This document shows, piece after piece, positions 12,701-24,255 of a stretch of DNA of 64,000 bases; position 1 is the first letter of the stretch, and each line of letters opens with the position of its first letter. Below the pieces are notes generated by a model, which was not told the DNA's origin, ran no database searches, and was given only the letters and a program-made list of their open reading frames with translations. This DNA comes from Macrostomum lignano. Lineage: Eukaryota. A program made the translations under genes and the position numbers. The DNA is taken from NCBI GenBank assembly GCA_002269645.1, contig NIVC01002063.1:1-64000 (forward strand). The letters run 5' to 3'.

Positions 12701-13502
12701 GCATGAACGGATTCATCATATTTCCGGAGTTTCTGCTTCTAAGATCAAATAGTCGCCATAGTGAGTTCGATTTATTTATTTTGATCAAGTTTATTTGCAT
12801 GCAAATATTGTCTTAATCAAGATTCGATGGTTAGTAGCTCTGGGTGTAAGGATTCAGGATCTGGCTGAATGAATCTTGGACCCATCGATAGGAAGGACCT
12901 TGAACGACGATGATGTTAGCGTACATCTATCTCTTCTAGTGGCTACAGAAATTTATACTCGTAGCTACACTATGTGTTATGTATATATTGTAATACTATT
13001 TTGTGGTACTAATGGGGTCACCCGTACAGCAATCCGACACGTCTGGCCGATCAAACTACATCGACATATAACGACGTCATACGTCTACTGAATGTCGGTG
13101 CAATGTAAAAGTACATATTTGTCATCGAACGCCGGATGTCGCCGACATCGGATTGCTGTACGGGTCGGTTTTCACAAGCTCGCGACATTTCACATCGTCG
13201 AAGACGGTAAACTTCACAAGCTCGAGTTTTCATACTTATAAGTTCGAAATTCATTGACAAAAGTGACTAGCAAAACTTTTGACAATATGAAAAATTTTGA
13301 ACTTGGGAAGCTATAATAAATGTATCACCAGAAGAAAAATCTTTCCCGCATCACAATTAAAACGTATCCATTTCGATTGGATTTTGCAGCACCCGCGTGG
13401 CACATGCTGACCATGCAGTTTGCCGCCTATTGTGCCGTTCAAATTGGCCGCTACTACGAGGCCAAATTAAAGCCGTCTCTGTGCAAGCATGTCAAGGAGT
13501 GA
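6799..13502 (+). CDS. HHAT: Hedgehog acyltransferase-like (HHAT/GUP1 branch) MBOAT, 6 exons: 6799-7033, 10846-10892, 10993-11109, 11345-12340, 12601-12760, 13390-13502; about 555 aa
   Basis: All junctions are GT-AG and phases join in frame (1668 nt). Motifs LPKREIAFYL (HHAT N-term LPRWELALYL), LKPGW, MWRVFDRGLFAMMRSHLYIPLGGSRHG (HHAT: MWRYFDVGLHNFLIRYVYIPVGGSQHG) and the catalytic His in FISLFHG. Confidence 0.88.
7476..9681 (+). mobile_element. Solo-LTR-like insertion (2206 bp) in HHAT-like intron 1
   Basis: Termini TGATGTAACC...GGTTACATCA form a perfect 10-bp inverted repeat with TG..CA ends. Flanked by the direct repeat ATGA (7472-7475, 9682-9685). No convincing internal ORF. Confidence 0.7.
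8356..8416 (+). promoter_or_regulatory. CCAAT box and TATA box inside the LTR-like element
   Basis: CCAAT at 8356-8360 (agccaatcag) and TATAAAAG at 8410, with typical Pol II spacing. Confidence 0.5.
10614..10790. repeat. 16-bp minisatellite (ggggctttagcaccaa / ggggcgccagcaccaa); related units near 56095-56135
   Basis: Direct reading of the tandem units. Confidence 0.9.
13020..13165. mobile_element. MITE-like element with 18-bp terminal inverted repeats in HHAT-like intron 5
   Basis: acccgtacagcaatccga ... tcggattgctgtacgggt. No clear TSD. Confidence 0.5.
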
Positions 13503-13791
13503 TGCAATTGTTTGACGGTGTACTGTTTATTGTTCTTCTAGTTGAAACTAAAACAATTTAAAAACAAGTTCTCAAAAATTTATATGACATAATGTACTTT
13601 AAAATTGTTCAATTTATTTATTTATTCGTATTGGAACGGTTGTGTTATTCAAATATAAATTAACCCGATTAAATATCGAAATGATCGTTTTAGTCGTTGT
13701 TGACAGATTGCATGTACTGCATTTCTTCGACTGTTGTTCTTGTACACAATACATAAGTGCAGATGGCAATGATCAATAAGCATTTATTATA

Positions 13792-13930
13792 GGGCGATCC
13801 TTCGGTTTCCCGCTCTAAATTATTTTAACATTAGATATTATATATCACCTCTGTTGCGCTATTCAAACTCGTTTTATAATATAATATCTAATGTTAAAAT
13901 AATTTAGAGCGGGAAACCGAAGGATCGCCC
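13792..13930. mobile_element. 139-bp MITE with 52-bp perfect TIRs and a 6-bp TSD (ATTATA)
   Basis: 13792-13843 is the exact reverse complement of 13879-13930. ATTATA lies at 13786-13791 and 13931-13936. Confidence 0.8.
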
Positions 13931-15319
13931 ATTATAGACGTAGCCTTGTCGTTTAAAAAGTAAACAATTAATTATTACAAAAATAAACTAATTTTTTTAA
14001 AAACGATTCTTCTCTTGGGTATCGTTGCTGCAGTGGATTGATCTACTCATGCGTCGATTGTACGACAGGACACGTACCAGGAGCATCGCCACAGGCCAGG
14101 GTGGATAGGGGGATAAGACATGTCCCCCAGTAAAAGCTATGGGGGACATGACTAATATGCTTTTGTCCCCAGCTCCACCCCACCTTGTGACGGCCGTTTT
14201 GGAAGGCAATAATTTTGCTTCAGGGCACGAAAATATAGCTATAGCATTTAAAATGGGTGCATGCGACGCCAAAATGAGCGCTGACAACCACCGATTCGCA
14301 AAATAATGTAAATGTAGCTAAGCTACAATATATGTCGTAAATGTAGTCATGTACATGTATGCATGTAAAATTCTTTGTTTTTGTCACTCCCCCACCATAA
14401 AATCCATGGCATAAAATCGTCTGGCACATGTTTTTATACTAAAAATTAAGTGCGTATACTATATGGCACGTACGTGTAAACTTGCATGTACTGTGCATGG
14501 CTCCATAGAAACACTATAGTAACGAGATTTTATTGAATTAAGACCGACCGAAGCGGTGTGACGACACAGTCCCCAGGATCAAATGACGAAGACGAATAAC
14601 GGATGCAATTTGTGTAGCGGTAGCACTCAGACTTAACACAGTTGATACAATGGCGATACGATGGCGATTATTTATTATGGTTAAATAGGCTCGCTCGCTA
14701 TAGATTCCAGTCGGCAATAATTAAAGAGTGGGACTGGGCCTGATTGGAAGCTGAATCGGTAACTATTGGTACTTTGGGCACTGCGGCGGGCACCAATAAT
14801 GGTGATGGATAGCTGAATAGGCTACGGCGATGGAGTGGCGATGATATGATGGCAATGAGATAGGATAGAGGCAGCACTCTCTCTGGCGAGGAACTTAGCA
14901 GTGGCGTGGCTTGAACTTGGCGGAGTGAACTTGGCAGAGGCGGGGAGAGAGGGAGCGCGGGCCGGAAAACAAGCCTAACCCCGGGTGCCCCAGACAGACA
15001 GGACTGATAACGAGCGGGCTGGGGGTGGGCGCACAAGGAAAGCTTAATTTTAGGCTAGCATAAAACATGCGCGGCACTGCTTTCGCTAAAACGGCCCTTG
15101 TCGGGGCCACCATAACTGACAACGTCACAGCGGGTCCATGAGAATTGCCCGCAGACAAATTGCCCACCGCAGTGCATTTTGCCCGTGAGCGAATTGCCCG
15201 TGGAGATTTGCCCGCCGAGATTTGCCCGCAGTGCAATTTGCCCGCGAGCGAATTGCCCGTCGAGTTTTTTTCCCGCCGAGTTTTGCCCGCAATGCTTTTT
15301 TCCTGCAGCGCATTCAGCC

Positions 15320-15466
15320 ACGCGGCAGATTAATTTGTCTGCATTGCCTTCCCAATGCTTAGTAAGTCTTAATAAAGAGATTTACACGATTAAAACGTTT
15401 TGATAGTTACTCATATCAAATTCATATTTTAGGGGGGGGAGGCAATGCAGACAAAATCTGCCGCGT
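15320..15466. repeat. Foldback with about 33-bp inverted arms, next to an aattgcccg-type degenerate repeat block (15130-15300)
   Basis: acgcggcagattaatttgtctgcattgccttccc vs the reverse complement of ggggaggcaatgcagacaaaatctgccgcgt. Confidence 0.6.
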
Positions 15467-17019
15467 ATCTATAAATTACAAGGACTACTTAAGTTGTCCT
15501 TGAGTGCGTACACATTGTGGCTAATAGTTTTTATACAAAAAATTCGAGAACCGAAGAGAACCGATCGAACAAAAAGGTGGAGTACATTTGAATCAGCTGG
15601 ACAATTTTTGGGGGAAAACTTTGCAGGCCGCTTTTACTGAGAAAATATCAATAATTAACCAATGCCGGAGAGTAAACTCAAAGTTAGTGTTCGCATTCTC
15701 AGGTACTAAATTTTTAAAACAATGAACAGAAGTTTTTAACTTAAGCTGTATTTCTATACGAAATATTTTAAAGTTGGTTTTTGTTAAGTTATGCACAATT
15801 GCAATCGTTTTTTACTTTATATTTTTCGTAGAACTGATTAAGACTTCTGCTTACTGCTAGTACAGCTGCAACTGCTACTGCTGCAACTGCATACTACACT
15901 TGAGAAGTCAAATATATTTATACTGTCAATCATCTTCCTGGTCTTGGTTAACAAGTAACTGTCAGTTCGTTGAAATCCATGAGCTATACTAAAAAAATAA
16001 TAATGCAAAAGGTCCTATAGCCGTGTATAGGCTATGCTATCATTGCTATGTTCTTCAGCACGACAGCACTGACTGACTGTTTTTTATTAATTAGGGACGT
16101 TGGACATGCACTGACGTCTACGACTCTACTGTAGTTTAATCGTTAAAGCTATTTTGATAGTTTGAATACTTAATCTCTATTCAAGACAATAGGCTTCAAG
16201 GCAACTCAAGTCAAAGTGTTTAAAATAATTTGATTATGATTGCACTATAGATAGTATTGCTATTACAACTCATAGCAGCCTTAGTTTAGCTTAGTTATTG
16301 TAAGTGATGGATATATCATGTAATAAAATCTTAACATTTAACAAAATCATTCAACACCACAAATGTTTCTTATTTATAGGCCCCTAGGGATGCTATATTT
16401 GATTCTATATTAAATGATTTGTTTTTTTTATTAGACTCTATACCTACAGTCCATAGTTCAGAACATTCTGAATGTACACCAGAATAAAATCTCCCACAAT
16501 TTTTTTTGGTATACCAGTGTGTACCAAATTTTTTCCAACCCAAAGTTGTAATGTAATCCTAGAAAAAAACAAGCCTTGTTACGAGCCTTGCTTCTAGTGT
16601 TGCAGTGCACCAAATGACTTTTTGCTCCTTTGTTTCACTTTAGATTTTTGCTGATACTCTACAGCGGGAAGTCAATACATGCCAAGATTTCTTTTATTCT
16701 TTTAAAATAATTACCTTCTATTTAAATTTACTTTTATTTCACAATTTGATTCTGCAACTGCAGGAACATATATACCACTTTTTCACTATCCATTTTTATA
16801 TGCCAGATTTCAAAAAGTAAAAAAATGTATAATAAGTTTAATGCTAAAAGTCGTGAGTATATGCCAGATTAATCTGATGTACTACCCCTCTTTTGGACTA
16901 GGCCTATGGCCTATAGTTTGGAAGGTGACATGTATGCCAGGATTTCCCAGCATATAACAAGGGTCTTACCATTTTTTAGCATATTTCAGGGACAGGATAT
17001 ATCTTGGCATACATGACAC

Positions 17020-18695
17020 AATAGATAAATTAGTCTGGCTAGGCTAGCAACATAGTGATTAACATTGATAGTGGTCTTTTCCTCCAGAAAATCAATAGTC
17101 AGTGGACCACAATGGTCAAAGAAGAGAGTCAACACCATGGTCAGGAAGGTGCAGCGTGTGCGCCGGAATAACATCCATCAAAATTTTTGTTGTGCGCCGC
17201 GTGCGCCGAGAAAAAAAAATTACTTGTGCGCCATGCGCTGAGAAAAATACACTTAAAAAAGCACCATCAAGTATTAAGTATCTAAATTGAATCAATATCA
17301 ATGGAAGTTCAAGCAGTTCAATCATAGCTTCTATTTGCAAAATATAAGCAAAAAGACGCAACAAAAGCCGCGAAAGGCGCAAATTTGTTAAGTTTGTTAA
17401 GTCGATTAATGAAATTTGAAATAGAAACAACATTGGAAATAACGACTATCGTATCGACTATCGTTTATTTTATTGATTGATTGACATTTAATATACAATA
17501 TCATTATTATATTGTCACGTACACTGACGTACCTTGTGCACCATGCGCCGAGCCATGCACCGATGCACCGAGCCATGCGCCGATGCGCCGAGCCCATGCG
17601 CGCGGCGCAGTGAAGTGTGCGCCATGCGCCGGCAAATTGCTGATTTGCGCCGGAAAATTCCGAGGATTCTACCGTCTTCCTGGCTGTGGAGTCAACATGA
17701 CTTTCTTTGAATTCTAGTCTCACCAAGCCTTCACAGGGGCAGGTGACCCTTTCTTTGTCTAAACCCAGCTTTCTTCTTTTGTCTTAGGATCAAAAAATGG
17801 AATCTAGGTCTTATCACCAGAAATCATCAGCTTACTAAAGTTGCTCTAGCCACCTTGCCTCTGAATGAGCTCAATGTTGGACTTGGCAATGCTCAGTCAT
17901 TATGCCCTGAGCTCCGGTGTGAGGAGGTGGGGAACCCAATAGGCTGAGATCTTTGAAAGACCCAGATTGTTGACAATTATTTGATGGATAGTCAACTTGG
18001 CAATATCCAATTGATCAAAGATCTCTCAAATAGTCAAGTGGGCATCCGAGTCCAGCAGGGCCTCAATCCATTGATGGGATATCTTGCTACCCAACGTGCA
18101 GGGATGGCCAGAGCGTGGCTGATCATTCACAGCAGACTGGCCATCTCTAAAGCATTTTTGATCTATCTATAAATGGCAGTTTTTTCAGGCTGTTCTCACT
18201 GTGGATGGAGAATAAGTGGTCAGAAATCTTGGTTCCACTCCATCCTACTGACCAAAGGGCAAAAACTTGACTTCACTGACTTTCAAGGCTCTGAAGAGAA
18301 CTCATTTTTGCAAAGAAATTTCAAGTTGAAAGCAAATGCTTAGTATGAATTATTTGCACTTGCGCAAAAGCTCAGATTAGCTTTATGAGCATTTCTACTT
18401 TTTCCATAGACACTACCACATCTTTCTGACATTTAGTAGCACAAATTCAAAATGAAAATATCCAAAAATGGAGATTACAAATTATTTTCATTGATATGTG
18501 CAGTTGTGTAACACTATCCCTGACCTTCGTGTATGTTTCTTGCTGCAGCTCCTAAATAAAAAAGATATCAAAATGATTTTAACTTTGTTTTCTTTGTGAC
18601 AAAATTTCCTTTCATTTGACACCATGGGCATGGAATTTCATGGCTCCATTGAAGAGCAACGTTAGACATTCCAGGAACTTTTAGGACACCCCTCA
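17020..18695 (-). mobile_element. Degenerate mariner (Tc1/mariner) transposon, 3' truncated and interrupted
   Basis: The minus strand reads QPRSGHP...LTI*EIFDQL...LSKISAYWVPHLLT...MISGDKT*IPFFDPKTKEESW...KKVMLT|LFFDHCGPLTIDFLEEKTTINVNHY (WVPHLL and GDETW-like motifs, many stops). A TIR-like end ta|tgaggggtgtcctaaaagt lies at about 18677-18697. Confidence 0.85.
17135..17688. mobile_element. 554-bp non-autonomous DNA element nested in the mariner ORF, with a 9-bp TSD
   Basis: GAGTCAACA at 17126-17134 and 17689-17697. Imperfect TIRs catggtcaggaag / cacagccaggaag, and subterminal tgcgcc arrays at both ends. Excision restores KKVMLTLFFD in frame. Confidence 0.8.
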
Positions 18696-19868
18696 TATTT
18701 TGATAAACAAGTTGATGCTAGACAAAGGGACTAGAACCCTATAAAACTAATATGGTAGACCTAAAAAACTAGACCAAAAGGCCCAATTAGACTAGATATA
18801 GACATAGGCCCTTAGGCTTAGGGTTATTATATTTAAAAGTCATAATTGGTAAATTTATTAACTTTCTTTTTGGCTTATTATCTAGGCCTAGTCTAGCTTT
18901 TAGATAAATTTACTAAGTGTTAAATTCATTTAGGCCTATAGTTGTATTGAAACCTAATTATAAAATATGTGGTTATTACAAGCATATCCATTTAAAGTAT
19001 TTATTTGATCAGCTTAAATTAAACAAAAGTTGATTTATTTTAATGGCTCCTAAACAAACTAAAAGTTAAGTTCTATTTATAAAAAACCTTTAAAATTGTT
19101 AGCATTCATTCATTTTCACTGCTATGCCTTATTATTAGTGAAATCAGTGGTTCTAATAGGCATAGCCTTGTCTTTTATGTTTTTTATTTCTAAATTAATA
19201 AATGGCCAATGATATTATTAGAAATTGCAACTAAATATAAAAGTATATATTCCCATAGTCATGTCCATATCTAGATACTTTTTGCCTATAAACCTATATC
19301 TTAAACTTCCAACAATAAGCCTTATAGTTGTATTTATTGCTAAATTGAAATCTTGGCTTGTGTCTGCCTTAAGGCAGAATTACATATAAAGGCTTAATAT
19401 AAGTACATATTTGTATATCTAAATATTTGCAAAACAAACAAATTGGCTTTTTCTAAGTTTTGATTTATACTAAGTTTTAGTTTTTTAATCTTGCTAGACT
19501 CTTTGCAAAAATATCTGCAAATTGGCTGCAATATGGATTTGAGGGCCTGCTTAAGGGAGTTATAGAATAGCCAATATTGCTTGTTGCCAATTCTATAATA
19601 ATTGGAATATCTTATATATCTATTAAATACTTCTCTGACAATATTCCTCAATTATAATTAGACAATTTGATCATGCTTAAAATAGAACACCAAAATTATA
19701 TGCACAGTGTACTTTTTCATTAGTTGAATTCCATTGTTACATTAGTCCACTTACTTACTTTATTCTGACACTTGAGAAAAGTCAGTTTCCAAGACACATT
19801 AAAGGCAAGACATAAGACACACCAAAAGACATTTCCTTGCTTCCAGTGACGCAGTTCAAGCATTCGTC

Positions 19869-21793
19869 ATGCACCGGGTAGTGAAAATGCGACTCAGCCA
19901 GTTGAATCCGCACATCACTTGCCCACTCTGTGCTGGCTACTACATTGATGCTACAACCATTGTTGAATGCCTGCACTCATTTTGCCGCTCCTGTCTATTA
20001 CGACATTTGGCTGGCAGTAAGTGCTGCCCAGTATGCGACATATTACTGCACAAAACTGATCCTAGGAAAGCGATTAAAGCTGATCGAAGTCTGCAGTCGT
20101 TGGTGTACAAGCTAGTGCCTGGCCTGTTCAAGGCTGAGATGACGCGGAGGTGAGTCGCAATAATTCTCTACCAATTCAGGGATATTTAAGTTTACGAAGC
20201 ATCTTTTCCTAAAGCTGAAGGTTGTATAACCCCAAACCAGAGTTCCCATATCCCTGAAACAAATATCTCATATCCCTGAATCCAAGATCCCATATCCCTG
20301 AAGTAAAGATCCCATATCCCTGAATCCAAGATCCCATATCCCTAAAGCTAGCGATCATATCTCTCTGAAGCAGAGATTCCATATCCCTGAAGCAAAGATC
20401 CCATATTTCTGAAGCAAAGATCCCATATTCCTGAAGCAAAGATCCCATATTCCTGAAGCAAAGATCCCATATTCCTGGAATCCTGAAGCAAAGATTCCAT
20501 ATTCCTGAAGCAAAGATTCCATATTCCTGAAGCAAAGATCCCATATTCCTGAAGCAAAGATCCCATATTCCTGAAGCAAAGATCCCATATTCCTGAAGCA
20601 AAGATCTCATATTCCTGAAGCAAAGATCCCATATTCCTGAAGCAAAGATCCCATATTCCTGAAGCAAAGATCCCATATTCCTGAAGCAAAGATCCCATAT
20701 TCCTGAAGCAGAGATCCCATATTCCTGAAGCAAAGATCCCATATTCCTGAAGCAAAGATTCCATATTCCTGAAGCAAAGATCCCATATTCCTGAAGCAAA
20801 GATCCCATATTCCTGAAGCAAAGATCCCATATTCCTGAAGCAAAGATCTCATATTCCTGAAGCAAAGATCCCATATTCCTGGAATCCTGAAGCAGAGATC
20901 CCATATTCCTGAAGCAAAGATCCCATATTCCTGAAGCAAAGATCCCATATTCCTGAAGCAGAGATCCCATATTCCTGAAGCAGAGATCCCATATTCCTGA
21001 AGCAAAGATCCCATATTCCTGAAGCAAAGATCCCATATCCCTGAAGCTAACGATCCCATCTCCCTGAAGCAAAGATCCCATATTCCTGAAGCAAAGATCC
21101 CATATTCCTGAAGCAAAGATCCCATATTCCTGAAGCAGAGATCCCATATTCCTGAAAGCCAATCCGAAATCCCAAAAACTTATGTATATTACTAAATCCC
21201 CGCACGCCCGCAACCGCAGGCGCGAGTTCTACCAGGCAAACCCGAGCCGCGACCTCAGCCTTGGTCCCGAAGGCCGCGGCGAACTCGCCCACCCTGGCGA
21301 CGTGGTCGACGAAACCGAGACTCTGTCCGTGTCGCTCGAACTAGTGGACCCCGGCGGTCGCCTAGCAACCACCGGCGAGCATCGAGAGCTTCGATCCGAC
21401 TTTGTGGACTTAAAACGGCCCTGCTACCTGTTAACTCCAGCCTGTTTGACTGTCGGGCATCTGTGCACTTTTATTCGACTCAAACTCGGCCTGTCGCCCA
21501 GCCAGTCTGTGTCGATATTCTACACTGACGACTGTCTGAGCGCCGACTATTCCGTCATGGACATCGCCTATGTGTACTCTTGGCGGCGTAGGGGCCCGCT
21601 GCGGCTGTTCTATGCCATTGTAGATAAGTCTAGGGCTCAGCAGCCGCCGCCACCGCCAGGATTTGAAGGCCGATTATCGACTAATAAACTGGCAGCCGAT
21701 CAATTATCGATTGGCAGCAGCGAAGCTATGGATGACGATACTTCGGCTACAGAATCGGGATCGGAATCTGATGAGGATTCTGGGGGCAGGTAG
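19869..21793 (+). CDS. BMI1: Polycomb group RING finger protein (BMI1/PCGF-like), exons 19869-20149 and 21220-21793, 284 aa
   Basis: LNPHITCPLCAGYYIDATTIVECLHSFCRSC...CPVCD RING, DRSLQSLVYKLVPGLF, and a RAWUL domain (CYLLTPACLTVGHL...MDIAYVYSWRRRGPLRLFY). Phase-2 GT-AG intron. Confidence 0.93.
20240..21155. repeat. 22-bp minisatellite (tcctgaagcaaagatcccatat) filling the BMI1 intron
   Basis: Tandem units; explains the periodic minus-strand ORFs. Confidence 0.95.
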
Positions 21794-21814
21794 CTGCTGA
21801 GCTCAAGCTATCCA

Positions 21815-22370
21815 TGATCTATTACAGCTCATGGATTGCTAATCTAGCCGTCCATGGTGCATTACAGCTCATGGATTGCTAATCTAGCCGTCCATGGTGC
21901 ATTACAGCTCATGGATTGCTAATCTAGCCGTCCATGGTGCATTACAGCTCATGGATTGCTAATCTAGCCGTCCATGATCTATTACAACTCATGGATTGCT
22001 AATCTAGCCGTCCATGATCTATTACAGCTCATGGATTGCTAATCTAGCCGTCCATGATCTATTACAACTCATGGATTGCTAATCTAGCCGTCCATGATCT
22101 ATTACAGCTCATGGATTGCTAATCTAGCCGTCCATGATCTATTACAACTCATGGATTGCTAATCTAGCCGTCCATGATCTATTACAGCTCATGGATTGCT
22201 AATCTAGCCGTCCATGATCTATTACAACTCATGGATTGCTAATCTAGCCGTCCATGATCTATTACAGCTCATGGATTGCTAATCTAGCCGTCCATGATCT
22301 ATTACAACTCATGGATTGCTAATCTAGCCATCCCATGATCTATTACAACTCACGGATTGCTAATCTATCT
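21815..22370. repeat. 40-bp minisatellite (attacagctcatggattgctaatctagccgtccatgatct) just 3' of the BMI1 stop
   Basis: About 13 tandem units. Confidence 0.95.
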
Positions 22371-22619
22371 CTAATCCATAATCTAATAAAATGGATTGCA
22401 AATCTAGTCGCTAGGTAAAGTAGTATTAAAAGTTTTTTAACTTCCAATTATAAATTTTGAATGGTAACTTTGCCTCCCACCTCCCTTCTCTGTGTTTGAT
22501 TTCTCTTTGATTTTAATTTTTTAATTGAAAACTAACGGGCTTTGAAATCATCTCTTTCGTTGCATAATTATTTAAATAAATTTCATAGCTTACTGTCTCA
22601 AAAATTCAATTAGCGTCTC

Positions 22620-22980
22620 TAATCTCATCAGGTGAGATTCTAACCAACTTCTCTAATCCTATTGGATGAGATTCTAACCAAGGTTTCTAATCTCATGGGG
22701 TGAGATTCTAACCAAGGTTTCTAATCTCATGGGTTGAGATTCTAACCAAGGTTTCTAATCTCATGGAGTGAGATTCTAACCAACTTCTCTAATCCTATGG
22801 TTTGAGATTCTAACCAAAGTCTCTAATCTCATGGGTTGAGATTCTAACCAAGGTCTCTAATCTCATGGGTTGAGATTCTAACCAAAGTCTCTAATCTCAT
22901 GGGTTGAGATTCTAACCAAGGTCTCTAATCTCATTGGTTGAGATTCTAACCAAGGTTTCTAATCTCATGGAGTGAGATTC
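22620..22980. repeat. About 34-bp minisatellite with internal tgagatt...aatctca inverted motif
   Basis: Tandem units gagattctaaccaaggtttctaatctcatgggtt. Confidence 0.9.
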
Positions 22981-23739
22981 TTATAAAGTTTTAGAACCAG
23001 TATGAAGTTAATAAACTTGTTTTATGTAAAACAAACGTTATTTGAGCACACACCTGTTCCATGTAAGCAAGGTACATCTACCTCTAAATCGTTATCCAGT
23101 AGTTTGTGATGTTTTAGTTCCACAAAAATCTTCATCTTCTACTCGTAAATAATGTGAATATTTAATCGCAAAAAATCATATTTATTTGATGTCAAGCAGC
23201 ATCTCTGCATAGCGCTTTGTTGTGTTGAATTTGCTATAATTGTGTTCCTGGTTGGACTCATTCTGTCTTTGCTGTTGTCATCTAGTATGGCTAGTCACAT
23301 TTAAGAGTTTATCTACCAAAATCATATTAATTGTCTCTTTTATCTGACAATCTGTCTTTTTTCAATGCAATAAGCCCTGCGGTTCTAAGAGAGCAATACT
23401 TTACGGTTACGGATGGCCCAATTTGAAGTACAGTATAAACTTTTTATGTCTCCAAGTATTAACGCAGTTTTGTGAATTTGACCCCAAGTTTCCATTGTTT
23501 ATTTGTTTATTTCAATTTTTTATTTGATGATGAGATTTAAAATGATTTCGATCAATATTGTCTAGCGCTTGTGTGTCTTCTGTTTTGTTATTTGTATTTC
23601 TAATACAGTTTGCAATAAATTCGTTTATTAATAATTTTAGTTGTTACAGTAATGCTGAATTACTAATTTTAGGTAATTCCATTTACCATAACTATATTTA
23701 TGTACTTTACTTTTTCGTTACGATATCGCTAAAATTTCT

Positions 23740-24165
23740 ACAAATAGCTCTGGGAGTCTGGTGGAGTAGCTACCCTGGGGAATGTTGGGGAGTCTGGTTG
23801 AGTAGCTACCCTGGGGAGTGTTGGGGAGTCTGGTTGAGTAGCTACCCTGGGGAGTCTGGTTGAGTAGCTACCCTAGGGAATGTTGGGGAGTCTGGTTGAG
23901 TAGCTACCCTGAGGAATGTTGGGGAGTCTTGTTGAGTAGCTACCCTAGGGAGTGTTGGGGAGTCTGGTTGAGTAGCTACCCTAGGGAGTGTTGGGGAGTC
24001 TGGTTGAGTAGCTACCCTAGGGAATGTTGGGGAGCCTGGTTGAGTAGCTACCCTGGGGAGTGTTGGGGAGTCTGGTTGAGTAGCTACCCTAGGGAATGTT
24101 GGAGAGTCTGGTTGAGTAGCTACCCTAGGGAGTGTTGGGGAATCTGGTTGAGTAGCTACCCTGGG
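23740..24165. repeat. 36-bp minisatellite (gagtagctaccctagggagtgttggggagtctggtt)
   Basis: Tandem units; 12-aa periodic spurious ORF. Confidence 0.95.
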
Positions 24166-24255
24166 TGTACTGCGTGTAAATACATGTAGACATAGGGACG
24201 TTTTCAGCTGCTAGCAAATAAATTTATATCTTATTGCGTTCCTTTAGCTACTAGC

